64,000 nucleotides of DNA from Chiloscyllium plagiosum (Eukaryota): the NCBI RefSeq assembly GCF_004010195.1, contig NC_057720.1:18949220-19013219 (forward strand), given 5' to 3'. The notes under the pieces were generated by a model. It was not told where the DNA came from. It made no database searches and saw nothing but the letters and a program-made list of their open reading frames with translations. The stretch's first letter is position 1. Every line of letters starts with the position of its first letter. The translations under genes were made by a program, and so were the position numbers. This document shows positions 1 to 12,858 of the stretch, piece after piece.

Positions 1-285
1 GAGTTCCTGGACTAGGTGGGATAGGACAGTGTCGAGGTAGGTAGAAATGAGTTCAGTTGGGCAGGAGCATGCTGAGACAATGGGTCGGCCAGGGTGGTCA
101 GGCTTGTGGATCTTGGGAAGGGGGTAGAACCGGGCAGTGCGGGGTTCCCGGACTATGAGGTTGGAAGCTGTGGGTGGGAGATCTCCTGAGGTGATGAGGT
201 TCTGTATGGTCTGGGAGATGATGGTTTGGTGATGGGGGTGGGGTCATGGTCAAGGGGGCAGTAGGAAGAGGTGTCCTCGAGTTGA
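1..285 (-). mobile_element. Penelope-like retroelement, reverse transcriptase N-terminal fragment (truncated by window start)
   Basis: Minus strand reads, with one frameshift, QLEDTSSYCPLDHDPT..QTIISQTIQNLITSGDLPPTASNLIVREPRTARFYPLPKIHKPDHPGRPIVSACSCPTELISTYLD. PKIHK..GRPIVS is the Penelope RT signature. Confidence 0.85.
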
Positions 286-349
286 ACTATTTTATAGTTT
301 GGGTAATGTTTGGAATCCAGTGATTCTTCTTCAGAATGGTTAGTATTAG

Positions 350-490
350 TGTTCTGAAGAAAGTTCATTGAAGTCGAAACATTAATTCTCTTTTCTACCC
401 ACTGGTGCTGCTACATGCTGAGTTCCCTCCAACAATGTGTGTTTGTGCATTTCAAATCTCCAGCATTTGCAGTTCTTTGTTTTATCTTTG
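350..490 (+). repeat. Degenerate Penelope-terminus-derived short repeat
   Basis: ctgaagaa..cgaaacatt..tgctgctacatgctgagttccctccaacaat..ccagcatttgcag resembles the tail at 7940-8065. Confidence 0.55.
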
Positions 491-559
491 TACGTTGTTC
501 TCTGGAAATGGGACAGGGACTCACAAGCTTCTGGACTCAGAGGTTAAAGAAAACACCCA

Positions 560-1340
560 CCCTCCTGCGTTCAGGGCTGGCAACGGTTAAGATGGGACGA
601 GTGGCCTGAACGCCTCGAGGCTGGGAGGAGGGATTCCAGCTGCTGCCGCTGGGGGGGGGGAGGGGGAAGGAGAAGCTCTCACGGAGGTCGGTGGGCGGGG
701 CAGTGGCGCCGGAAGTGCGGTACTCTCCGGCTTCGCGGATGGTTTCCGGTGGCCGATTCAAGATGGCGCCGTGGCCGGGAGACGGGGAATGAGTGTGGGA
801 CAGACAAGGAGGTTGACTTGGTGACCACAGCCGGCCGCATTGGGGCCTGGATACTCGGGGATTTACCGGGAGCTTCTGAGGACCGCGTCGGTGGGATCGG
901 AGGAGACAGCGAGGGATCTTGTGGAGGAGGAAAGGAGAGTTTAAATCAGAAACTGTGGGCGGGAGGGGGGGGTGGTGTCAGGTTTTTTTTAAAATCCAGG
1001 GAAGGCTTTTTACTTTTGAAACACTTCCTCGAGCCATGGCTTCGGCCTCCGGCAACGACGACGATCTGACAATCCCCCGGGCGGCCATCAATAAAATGAT
1101 CAAAGAGACGCTGCCTAACGTGCGGGTGGCGAACGAAGCCCGGGAGCTGGTGGTGAGCTGCTGCACCGAGTTCATTCACCTCATCTCCTCCGAGGCCAAC
1201 GAGATCTGCAACAAGTCGGAGAAGAAGACCATCTCCCCGGAGCACGTTATCCAAGGTGAGGGCAAGGGCAGGGCCGAGGCCCCGGTGGGTGGTCGTGGTG
1301 ACAAGAGTCAAAGGGAACCGAGCATTGGACACGTGTTTCA
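560..1340 (+). promoter_or_regulatory. DR1: CpG-island, TATA-less promoter and first exon region of DR1
   Basis: Only GC/CpG-rich stretch in the window. GC box GGGCGGGG at 693-700, ETS/GABP CCGGAAGTG at 709-717, YY1-like CAAGATGGCGCC at 759-770. Confidence 0.8.
1036..1255 (+). CDS. DR1: DR1 / NC2-beta coding exon 1 (histone fold)
   Basis: Kozak gccATGg. Encodes MASASGNDDDLTIPRAAINKMIKETLPNVRVANEARELVVSCCTEFIHLISSEANEICNKSEKKTISPEHVIQ. 220 nt, donor AAG|GTGAG, phase 1. Confidence 0.98.
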
Positions 1341-1649
1341 CACTCGGTTTAGTTATTCATTTGTCGGTTTGGTGTCTCGGATGGGAACAGTCACCTGAAC
1401 CCAGTTTGTCACTCGGGAGGGAAATTGCTTTCATCAGCCCTAATTTCTCCATACCAGCCTTGAGACAAGGTAGCGGGCTTGGATTTGATAATGAGAGCTA
1501 TTCTTTGCTTTGCATCTCCGTTGAACACATTCCCCAACTTAAGTAATATTTCAGATTTCGTCGTTAAGTGGTTGGATAGTTCCGAGAATGCAATTTTTTT
1601 TAAAGATTGCGGTGAAGCTTATTCTAAATGAGAGGTCGTGACAAGGTTT

Positions 1650-1823
1650 TAAACAAAAAACCGAAAGATCTGCAAATGCTGGAAATCCGAAACAAAAACA
1701 GAAATTGCCGTAAAAAGTCAGAACATCTGAAGAAGGATCACTGGAGCCAAAATGTCAATTCTGATGCCTCTCCATAAATGCTGCTAGAACTGCTGAGTTT
1801 TTCCAGCAATTTCTGTTTTTGTT
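1650..1823. repeat. Inverted (tail-to-tail) Penelope-terminus-derived short element
   Basis: aacaaaaacagaaattgc (about 1691) is the reverse complement of gcaatttctgtttttgtt (about 1806). A degenerate ctgaagaa..aaaatgtc core lies between them. Confidence 0.6.
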
Positions 1824-4039
1824 AGTGATAAGACTTTGTTGATTGTGAAAATATTTTAAAGCCTTTTATGGATGTGAATGGTGGAGGCAATTGAGTTGTT
1901 TCCATAAGCCTGACCAACAAATTAGTTTGCTTGTACAGTTGTACAGAAATTGCTTCATAAGTGCTATTGAAAATGTGAATATTAAAGTAATAATCATGTT
2001 GAATTTTTTTCTAACTTGTGATCACCTTAATTCAGTTGTAGAATTGTTATTGAATATTCTTTGCCATACATTGAGAAATTATGATTACAAGCACATGTTC
2101 ATTTGTAGTTTATGGGCAATTCTGTTTGTACTGGATGTATTTTGTTGCAGAAGGATTATGAAGATTTCAAGCTAACTTAAATAATATGAGCTTGTCTTTT
2201 GGAGAAGCTACTTCCATGGTTTAACAGTATGCTTATGAATTACAATTATGTCTTTTTTTACAAATAATGCCATAAATGCTAATGTATCAAATTGGCCAGA
2301 TTCAGAAGAAGTTAGTATAGCATGTTTACATTTGTCAGTTCTATAAATATATTTCGATATTGATATGCAATCAAACCAGAATTTGTACAATTATATTTTT
2401 CAGACTACGGCTATGGCTTAAATAGAATACTGCAGGAAAGCTTATGTATGTTTAGGGTCATCGTTAGAATAATATTGGCCTGAATTGGATAATTACACAG
2501 TTAAATATAATTTATTCTGATTAATTAGGTGAATTAATTTGTTGTATTCTGTGAAAGATTCAAACCAGAACTCACTGATAGACCAGTCCATTTCTTCCTG
2601 CAGACTGACAATCAATGTGGCATGTTTCCTGGCCTTAAGATGCCATTAACTGTCTCATTTTATAACTGACTAGGTACCAGTGTCTACATTGGATGGCATG
2701 TAAATCAAAAAAAATTGTGAAAAACCCTACTGACTCTTGCAGTTGTGGATTGACCCTGTTTGGATCCTTTCTAAATGTTGGCTTCAATCAAAGCAAGTTG
2801 CCTTGTGACTTCACCCCTTCTTTAGATGGTTAAGTAAGATGAGAATATACGAGCAAACAAAAAGATTAATAAAACCAGCCAAGTTAGTTTGAACTCAAAG
2901 GCAGTTTTTCCTTTAGGTCAACCTTCCCTTGCATCTTCCAGATTCATCACTTGCCCTGAGACTTTTAATTGACACAAGATGTAAGCTATTCAGCTGGACA
3001 GGTGCCAGCAATGTTGCTTAGTGACAGTAACGTGAATGAGTAGTCAGCCATTTTCTCTCTTCACTCAAGCAACATTTACACACTGAATATTGATCAGGAA
3101 TTTGTTATGTACTTAAACTCTGGTTGCTCTAGAACTGTCAGGTTCTTGTCTAGACCAAGTAATGGGATATATTCATCTTTTATTAACTTCCCTTTTCTGT
3201 GTTGGTAAATGTAGGAACATCATTTTAAGGTAAAAACCCGCTGATGATTGCTCACTATTTTTAGTGCATCTTTAAACATTTAACCTTTGAAGCCAGGTTA
3301 AGGTTCCCACTGTGCATATGAGCACAATCAAAGAGCCAATTTCGTGTTTTTCACAGACTGTTTCTTTTTCAGCTGCTTTTCAGCTGAAAGTTGTTGAATA
3401 TACCAAAGGCCGTGGAAATCGTCCTGTAGAAAGACACGGTGTGAGCAAATGCAGCGTTCGTTTGTGATGAAAACAGAAAGTTTGGGTAGGTTTTTAAGAA
3501 AAACTGCCTCATGGTTTGATTCTAAAAGGCAAGTTTTTAAAAATGATAAAATACTTGATTGGGCAACTGAGGGTTTGGAATTTTTGGAAATCAGATGTTA
3601 AATGTTTTAGTAATAGCATTGATACCAAGATTAGACGAATTATTTGCTGAGCAGAAAGTGATAAATGAAACTGGAGTTTTCTCGTTTTATAGCTGCGCAA
3701 GTACTCTGCAGTTTTTGTTTGCTTTTAAAACAAAAGCCTCTTGTGCAGCAATTTGAAGTCAGTATTAAACTTCTTTTCACAAAAATACCAGTTATTGCTA
3801 AGCACAATATGCATCACCTGCACGAAATCCATATTCTAGTTCGTTCAGGATAAATAAATCAGCTCAGCTGCATGTGCAATGGCACATTCAGCATTTCTAA
3901 TTATGTAATGTGCATGGAGCATTGCAAACCAATGGACCTGTATATTTTTAAAATGCTTACCATCAGTGAGTTTTTGTGTAGTTCTGGTAACAGGAACAAT
4001 GGTGAATGGCCATGGAGTAGAAATGTGGCTGTCAAATTT

Positions 4040-4355
4040 TAGATTAGATTAGATTACTTACAGTGTGGAAACAGGCCCTTGGGCCCAACAAGTCCACACC
4101 GCCCCGCCGAAGCGCAACCCACCCATACCCCTACATTTACCCCTTACCTAACACTACGGGCAATTTAGCATGGCCAATTCACCTGACCTGCCCATCTTTG
4201 GACTGTGGGAGGAAACCGGAACACCCGGAGGAAACCCACGCAGACACGGGGAGAACGTGCAAACTCCACACAGTCAGTCGCCTGAGGCGGGAATTGAACC
4301 CGGGTCTCTGGCGCTGTGAGGCAGCAGTGCTAACCACTGTACCACCGTGCCGCCC
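4040..4355 (-). mobile_element. tRNA-derived SINE (HE1-like)
   Basis: Minus strand begins GGGCGGCACGGTGGTACAGTGGTTAGCACTGCTGCCTCACAGCGCCAGAGACCCGGGTTCAATTCCC (A and B boxes) and ends in a (TCTAA)n tail. A similar copy lies at 48183. Confidence 0.9.
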
Positions 4356-6208
4356 TTGTGTAAGTGATCTCAATAGTCCTAAAATTAACTACATGGAAAG
4401 CCAAATTCAAGCATGTCAATCATAGCAAACAACTTGTAAAATTATTTGTTGGTACTACATACTGAAACACTTTTGGGAAGTTGAAATAGTTTAATTCAGC
4501 CCCTGTTTCTTTATTGCCCCGAAACATGGAAAACCATATTTCATAAGTAATCATTTAGTGTGAAACAGTGATAAATTTCCTCTTCTGACTGTATTGGTAA
4601 AGGTGAAAGATTAAATGTGTGGGTTTTTTTAGGGTTGTGTATGGAGCATGATCAATTCAAGCTGAACTTCTCATGGCTTTGTTCACTGGGCCTCTTCCCT
4701 AAGTGTGGGTTCATTTCTGTTTCTTCATAGTAGAATTGTTAGCTGCATTATCTGACATTTAACTGCTCATTGATATTGATATGACAGGAAAGGAAAAGCA
4801 TCTTAGCCAGAGTAAATATACAGTAGTGTCATTGTTAGGTCTATTTCTGCCATTATAACATTGCTTGAATGTACTCTTGTCTACTACCCCAGTGACTTGG
4901 CTGTTTGCATGTACTTCTGGGTGACCTACTATATTATACCTTTTGTGAACTTGAGTCCTCAATAAAACTGCTACCCGTGTCTTAACTGCCATTAGATTCC
5001 ATTTAGCTACCGCCCTTTGTAATCGATGGTTGTGGGGAAAAGGTAGGAAAGTGGAGTTTAGGATTACCTGATCAGCCAAAATCTTGTTTAGTGGTGGAGC
5101 AGACTCAATGAGTTGAATGGCCTACTTCTGCTTTATCTTATAGAGTTATGATGTGGGAGGCCTACTTTTGTTGCTAGGTAAGGAATTTATTTTTAGAACA
5201 CACCTTTGTTTTCAAATCCTTTCACACCCTCACCCATCCATGTGTGTAATCTACTGCAAAGTCTTCTGGGATATCATTGCTTATCAAATTCTGGACTCTC
5301 AAACATTCTCAGGTTTAATAACCCCATCATTGATGACTGTACCCTCTATTTACTTAGGTCAGAAGGTCTGAAACTGCCTCCCCCCACCTCTGTACCTCAC
5401 TTTCCTTTTTATTAAGGTGCTCCTAAAAATGAAGCTAGAAACAGTAGAGCCCAGAGACTTGTGGTGGCCTTAAAATGTACTTGTGATAAAATGGTGAGTA
5501 GAATGTTGTCTTTTATATTTAGCAAATCTAGAAACAGGAAAAGAATCAGTCATGCTTCAGAAATACAGCAACATTGTTGGACTGCACCTGGATTACATGT
5601 TTTGATATGGGAAGGGGATTTGAAATAGTGCTGGTATGGATTGCTAAAGGTTTAATAAGCAAAGAGAACCGATAGAGTCTTGAATGGTAGAGCACATTAC
5701 ATACCCGCAATATTACAGAGCATTGACCCACCTTTGTTGGAGTATTGTCACAATATTTCAGGCAAAACATTTGGACGTTGCATTCCATCTGGATTAGGGA
5801 TTTATCCTGTTATGTTTTGATCGATTTATTGATTGATCTTTAAACTTTGTCTATATTTAATTTTAATTTCTGTCCTATATCTGGTAATTACTGAGGCCTA
5901 TTAACAATTCTGTATTTCTGACATTTTGCTCTTGCTATGAAATCTGGAAGTAATAAGAAATATGTTAAGGGGCACCTTGCTATATATTTTGCACTAAGCT
6001 GGCACGTGGGTAGCGAAGACATTTTCTGTTCCTATTTTCTATTTTTTTCCTATTTTTATTTGCATTAGAACTTCTAAAGTTTTATTTTGTAGCTGGGCTT
6101 TCAAAACTAGAATCCATAGTTGTGCATATGTTCTTGAATTAAGCAACTTTGTTTTTTTTTCCTATAGTTTAAAATCCTTTTGTTCATGTGACATAGTAAC
6201 AAGATATA

Positions 6209-6304
6209 CAGAGGAACCTTGATTATCCGGCATTCGATTACCTGAACGATTAACCGAACAAAATACTGCCCGCCCATGTCCTTCTGATAATCGAGGTTCC
6301 TCTA
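6209..6304. mobile_element. 96-bp MITE (Tc1/mariner, pogo/Tigger-like termini)
   Basis: Terminal inverted repeats TA|CAGAGGAACCTTGATTATC and GATAATCGAGGTTCCTCT, with internal CGATTA subrepeats. Confidence 0.7.
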
Positions 6305-6966
6305 TGCTTAATGACTGTAGACTAGAATTAAACTTACTTGGAACTTATGTTATGCTATATGGTAATGTCTTGCCACTCGCAAGTTTGTTCTTCATGAATT
6401 TGCTTATCTTGCAACATTTACTGTACACTTGTGTGCTGACTGTGAATCTAGTCTTTGCTTATCCAAAGTTTAAAAGAAAAACTTACTTCCTAGTGTGAAA
6501 ATGTGGGCTATGCATGTGTCACATACAGTGCTCAGATGTTCACTGTTTGCAAAAATAATAATTGGTCGTATCATTCTCTGGTAGTGCATCCTCACAAATA
6601 GCAGAACTTTGCCGTGTATTGCATGATAGCTAGCCATCTCAACTCAAGTGATTGGTTTGACTTTGTTAAGGATTTCGCTGTCATTATAGGCACAAATGTT
6701 TGAAAGTCGGTGTTGTCTGTTCATATACCCACATGTACAAACAAACAGAAATGCATAAATTGCTTACAAGTTTGTTAGTTGCTAAAATACTGCTTTCTGA
6801 TGGCTTGAGGATGGTAAAGAGTGGATAATACAGTGAATGTCTCCACATCCAGCTACTTTTGATGCGAAGTATTTCAATAAAGTTGAGATTTACGACCATA
6901 TTTGTGACATTTGACTGTTTTACTTTGCACTGTTAAAGAACTTGATTATTATATTTAGAATGATTG

Positions 6967-8410
6967 TGTTGTGACATGGGCAAACTTGCAACACAGAAAT
7001 GATTTGTCCTGTGCAGTAATCTGTGAAAATCAGAGAGACCAAGAATTAATTAAACTAAAAATTAACAACTTTATTCTTAAAGTATAACAGAGAATAATTA
7101 ACACTATTTACAACTCCTTCCTCTAAACTATCTTTTACTTCCCCTTTTATAATACTAGTTTGATTAAAAACCGCCGATTAAGATTTACTGAAAAATTCAC
7201 ATTTCAAAACTAGTCAGCTGTCAAATGTTCTCTTTGTAGATTTGCTCTCCAGATTGATGTTTTTGTCTGTGCAAACCCCTTCTGTAGACATTTCTGACTT
7301 TCCCTCCCCACCCCTTTCCGCCCCACTCCAAACAGACCCCACCACCAGGGATATATTTCCCTCCCCACCCCTTTCCGCCTTCCGCAAAGACCGTTCCCTC
7401 CATGACTACCTGGTCAGGTCCACGCCTCCCTACGACCCACCCTCCCATCCTGGCACTTTCCCCTGCCACCACAGGAACTGTAAAACCTGCGCCCACACCT
7501 CCTCCCTCACCTCTATCCAAGGCCCCAAAGGAGCTTTCCACATCCATAAAAGTTTTACCTGCACATCCACTAATATCATCTATTGTATCCGTTGCTCCCG
7601 ATGCAGTCTCCTCTACATTGGGGAGACTGGACGCCTCCTAGCAGACCACTTTAGGGAACATCTCTGGAACACCCCCACCAATCAACCACACTGCCCTGTG
7701 GCCCAATATTTCAACTCCCCCTCCCACTCTGCCGAGGACATGGAGGTCCTGGGCCTCCTTCACCGCCGCTCCCTCACCACCAGACGCCTCTCCTTTTCCA
7801 CCTATCCACTCCACCCTCTCCTCCTTGACCTATCGCCTTCATCTCCTCCCCCACTGGCCTGTTGTGCTCTGTGCTGCTCTCTCCCCACCCCCACCCTCCT
7901 CTAGCTTATCTCTCCACGCTTCAGGCTCGCTGCTTTTATTCCTGATGAAGGGCTTTTGCCCGAAACGTCGATTTTGAAGCTCCTCGGATGCTGCCTGAAC
8001 TGCTGTGCTCTCCCAGCACCACTGATCCAGAAATCTGGTTTCCAGCATCTGCAGTCATTGTTTTTACCCCATTTCTGACTAGCAGTCTACATCTGATGGT
8101 CTTTTAGTAGTTCTCTCCCAACTGTTCAATTTTTTCTGGTCTTATACCCCCAAAGCATCAGGTTGTGTCATTGGCTTTTAAGATTGTCAGTATACTAAAT
8201 TCAAACTTGATTAGAGTTTGGGTTTTTTGGGGGGTATAATTTAAACTGATTGGCCGTATTTGAATTTGTTATTGTCTTCAGGCAACCAGCTACACAAGCT
8301 ACTGGACCAAAAGGTTACATTATATCTTGTTCAGAACACTTGGTACTGTCCGGTAGTTTTGATAGCTTTTAACTTTCTTAAAGGTACAGTACACCCGCAT
8401 CTTCACAACA
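6967..8410 (-). repeat. 3' LTR of the Gmr1-like element (interrupted by Penelope at 7300-8069)
   Basis: tgttgtgac...cttcacaaca. Alignable along its length with 14007-14694. Short purine tract AGGAGG on the minus strand at 8411-8416. Confidence 0.88.
7300..8069 (+). mobile_element. Penelope-like element 3' fragment (GIY-YIG endonuclease plus terminal repeat)
   Basis: Encodes PGTFPCHHRNCKTC..FTCTSTNIIYCIRCSRCSLLYIGETGRLLADHFREH. 11-bp TSD CATTTCTGACT at 7289-7299 and 8070-8080. Confidence 0.92.
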
Positions 8411-11400
8411 CCTCCTAATCATAATAAAAAGATGGCTTCATTTTTTTATATTCTTTAAATACATTACCCTAACATTGATAAGTTTAATTTAAGTTCACCT
8501 TAATATCTTCCTATAAGACTGTACGTAAAACATTAAATACAATTCGCATCTAAACTTTATCAGTTAAATCCGCGATAACGCATCTGCGATTACTTTCTTC
8601 TGACCCGCAACATGTATGATTTTTAAATTAAAAGTCTGTAAGGTAAGACTCCAACAAAATAGTCTCATATTCTTGTCTTTAAAGCCTTCTAAGAATGTAA
8701 GCGGATTATGATCCATGTTCACAACTGTCTCTTGACACGTTGTTCGTGACATACACATTATAATGTTGTAAGGCCAGTACCAAACTCAGTAGTTCTTTTT
8801 CAGTCGTGGAGTATTTCCTCATTGGGATGTCAAGCTTCTTCGAAAAGTAACCAACTGGCAGTTCAGTCCCATCCTCATCTTCCTGGAGGAGTACAGCTCC
8901 AACTCATATGTCACTAGCATCGATGGCAACTTAAAAAGTTTTTCGAAAGTTTGGTGTAGCTAAAACTGGTTTGGTCGTTAATATCGATTTCAAATGGTTG
9001 AATGCCTCCTGGCATTGTTTTGTCCACCAAAACTTTGTGTTGTTCTTCAGCAAATCGATTAACGGTGCAGTTACATTGCTGATGTTTGGAACAAAGTTCC
9101 AATAGAATTTGCTGAGGTTGGTCGTGGAAATTCATCGAAGGTCTTCATCTTTGTGTTCCGTGGGGTCACCCTTCCATGACTGATGTTATGTCCCAAGAAT
9201 GTTATCTCTGCTTTTGCAAATTCCATTTTATTTAAGTTTATCACCAGTTTTGCTTCTCGTAGTCATTCAAAGAGCTCTGCCAACTATACCGTGCGATTTT
9301 TCCAGGACTTACTAAAGATCACTACATCGTCCAAATACACTGCACAGTTTGTTAACCCAGCCACAACTCTGTTCATGAGTCTTTAGAATGTGGCGGATGC
9401 ATTCTGCATTCCAAAGGGCATCACTTTAAACTGATCTAGCCCATTTGGGATTACAAACGTAGAAATTTTTTTCGCCAACTCTGATAAAGGTACCTGCCAG
9501 TAACCACGCATAAAGTCCAACTTGATGATTTAACTTGCTTGACTGACTGTCTCGATACAGTCCTCCAATCTCTGAATTGGATGTGAGTCCGATTTTGTAA
9601 CTGCGTTGACCTTACGATATTCCACGCAGAATCGTTGAGTTCCGTCCAGTTTCGGAACTCCACTCACTCTGGCTTGGTTCAATGGTATCCTCATTGAGCA
9701 TGGTCTCCACATCCATCTGGCTTTGAGAGGATTAAGCCGATAGGAGTGTTGTCTTATCAGAGCAGTATTCCCTACATATATTTCGTGTACAATAGCATTA
9801 GTCCTCCCCATCTGATTCTTGCATATGTCCTTGTATTGCAGTAACAAATCTTTCACCTGCGTTCTGAGACAGATAGCTTACTAACCTATCCTACTCCTCA
9901 AGGACGACTTCATTTGTTAATCTATTTTGAACACATCAAAATCCAAATCTGGATTTGATTCCTCACTCTGCAGTAACTAACACCTGATTCTCCAGTTTTT
10001 TCTCTCTAGTATAATACGATTTTGACATGTTCACATAACATACCTGATACCTTTTTTCTATCTGACATCTTCACTAGATAGTTCACCTGACTCAACCTTT
10101 TCTCAATTTGATAGGGACCACTAAACCTGGCTCTGAAGTGATCTCCTATCACTGGTAACAGTACTAACACGTCATCCCCCTCAGGAAAACGTCTCAGAGC
10201 TTTTATCTGCCACTTGCTTCGTTCTATACTGTACCCTCTTTAGGTGCTGTTTAGCTAACTCACCTACTCTGTTAAATCTCTTCCTCACCCCAGATACATA
10301 ATCTAAGTGTGAGATCTCTGACTTTGGTCCTGTCAGTTTTTATTTAATTAATTTCAAAGGGCCTCTTGCTTCATGCCCAAAAAATTAACTTGAAGGGTGT
10401 GAACTGAGTAGATTCATTTGGGGCACCTTTAATGGCAAACATACGAATGGGATACCTTTAACCCAATCATTCTGGTAATCCTGACAGTATGCTGTCAACA
10501 TGGTCTTCAAGGTCTGATGTCACCTTTCTAAAGCTCCCTGGGATTCAGGATGATACGCATTGTATTTAAAGTAAGCTATCCATAAGCACCTTAAACAGCC
10601 TAGCAGTAAAATTTGACCCTTTGTCTGACTAAATCTCTCTAGGTAGCCCACACCATGTGAAGAAAGCAACTAACTCCTTTACCACCTTTATTGCCTTGAT
10701 ACTCCGTAATGGAATTGTCTCCAGAAATCTGGTAGACACATCCATTATGGTTAACAAGTACTGGTTCCCACTTTTAGGAGGGGACCCACACAATCAATAA
10801 TAATCTGAATGAAAGGTTCTTTGAATGCTGCAATTGGCAACAACGGTGCTGGTTTTATGACCTACATTTTATTGCCTTACCTACCTTTTGCTACGTATGA
10901 CACGTACAATAAGAGTTAACCACATCCTGTGCATTCCAGGCCAATAAAAAATGTTTTTGTACCTTAACCTGACTCTTTCACACCTCTAGGTGACCTCCTA
11001 CAGTTAGTTCATGTGCTACCAGTAATACCACCTGTCTGTTTTCTACTGGCAACACAATCTGGTGCGCTTTGGCCCATTTCTCCTCTGCACTAACCTGCTG
11101 TGGTGTCCATTTCCATCTTAGGATTCTGTATTTCAGATAATAACCCTCTGGAATATTGTCTGTCTCCTCTTTGCAGTATGCATCCACATATTATATATGT
11201 TTTATCATCTTGTCTTGCTGTTGCAAGTCTCTTAGCCTTTCAGGGCGAAGTACTTCTGTCTGACCCTCTGCCTGTTCAGGTTTTTCTTATACCGTTACGT
11301 CAAACAGTCTGCTAACTGAACCTCAACTCTTTCATCTTTATCTTTACTTTTTGCTTCGTGCTGTGACTTATGATAGTGGGATATGGTTATCACATAGTCG

Positions 11401-11934
11401 GGAAAATACCAGGATATTTCTGTTTTAACTCCTCAGTTTCTTGGTCTTCCTTGGGCTTCTCCACAACAAGGGATGTCACTCCCATCTTGGATCCTGTCAA
11501 ATCATTCCCAAGAACAAACTGAATTCCTGGAACTGACACTCTGTCAGTCACTCCCACTGTAACTTGCCCAGTCTTGAGTTTGCACTCCAACCTGATCATA
11601 CATTGGGAAAAGCTAAATTTCTGTCCATCTACCCCACAAATGACCACACTCTCTGGTAACAAATCAGAAAGCGTGTACATTCGCTCTTCCCTTACTCTGT
11701 GACTGGTTAGATCATGTATCTCTCAAAATTATAACTTCTTGTCCTCTCTCTGTTCTTTCTGAGTAAACTTTACCCACAGAGGCAAATTCTTTGTAGAGAT
11801 CAGGTACTAACTCCATACCCAGCCCCTGCTGAGGCTGTGCACTCTACTGCAGTTCCTTGGCTCTTCTTGGGGTCTCCTTTACTATCTTCAATAATGTCAC
11901 TGCCTAAGCTTCTTTTCCCACAGTGCCTTCCTTT

Positions 11935-12858
11935 TTTTTTATAGATATTTTTATTAGAAATTTAACATTTTTACAAGTTTACAAAAATAAACAAAACTCT
12001 CAGATATAAACATTGATATACAATTAGCTCAAATATACAATAGCCAAAATTTAACAAAAAAAAACAAAACAACAAAAAACAAAAAAAAAACAAACAAAAC
12101 TCAACTATCTACTAATCTAACCTACAGCTAACCAGAGTATATATTTAAGTCTCTTACATGCTCGGGATGTGTTAGCATCAGATATAATAAAACCCGTATT
12201 CGTGCGGGATTCCTCCCCCGAGGGGCCCCAGACCAGCCAGTTTTGTAATCTCAATTAAATAAAAGCCCTTGTTAGGATAGCTGAAATATCTGTATTTATG
12301 TAAATCTTATGACCGGTCCATAAGCAATGTACAAGAGTGTCCACCTCTATTTTGCATTTGGGACACATTGGAGATGCTCCTGCCTTAAATTTTGCCAATC
12401 GAACCGGTGCTATATGGGCCCTATGAAGTATCTTCAGCTGGATAGCCTGGGTTCTGTTACAAATAGTAATTCTTCTAGCATTTTCCCAAATATCATTCCA
12501 CGTTTCTGTGGAGATTTCTAGTCCCAGATCCTGATCCCATGTTTTAAGCAGATTATCCATATCTCCCGATACTTCATCATGTAGTAAATGATAAATAGTA
12601 CTGACGGAAGATACCCCCACTGGTCGTAGGACACTACATTCTCTATCGGATTTGTAAAGACTATCTAATAACGTAGTCTTCTTCTTTATATAATCTCGAA
12701 TTTGGAAGTATCGAAAGAGGTCTCCATTGGGTAATCCGAATTTCTGACGCAGCTGTTTGAAAGACATCAGGACCCCATCTTTAAATAGATCCCCTAGACA
12801 TGAGATACCCCTGGATCTCCAGAGTTTAAAAGTGGCATCTGTTAACCCCGGTTGGAAT
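11935..12858 (-). mobile_element. 5'-truncated L1-clade LINE (ORF2 C-terminus, 3' UTR, poly-A) inserted in gag
   Basis: ORF 12255-12767 contains QLKILHR..CPKCKIEVDTLVHCLW (L1 C-terminal zinc knuckle). AATAAA and an A-tail lie on the minus strand near 11935-11955. 14-bp TSD CAGTGCCTT(C/T)CTTT at 11921-11934 and 12859-12872. Confidence 0.9.

Noticed and set aside
919..1398. 159-aa ORF as the complete DR1 protein
   Set aside because: It extends through the 5' UTR and reads into intron 1. The real start is ATG1036 and the donor is at 1255/1256.
4280..4355. tRNA gene
   Set aside because: It is the tRNA-like head of a multi-copy SINE, with no complete cloverleaf or own terminator.
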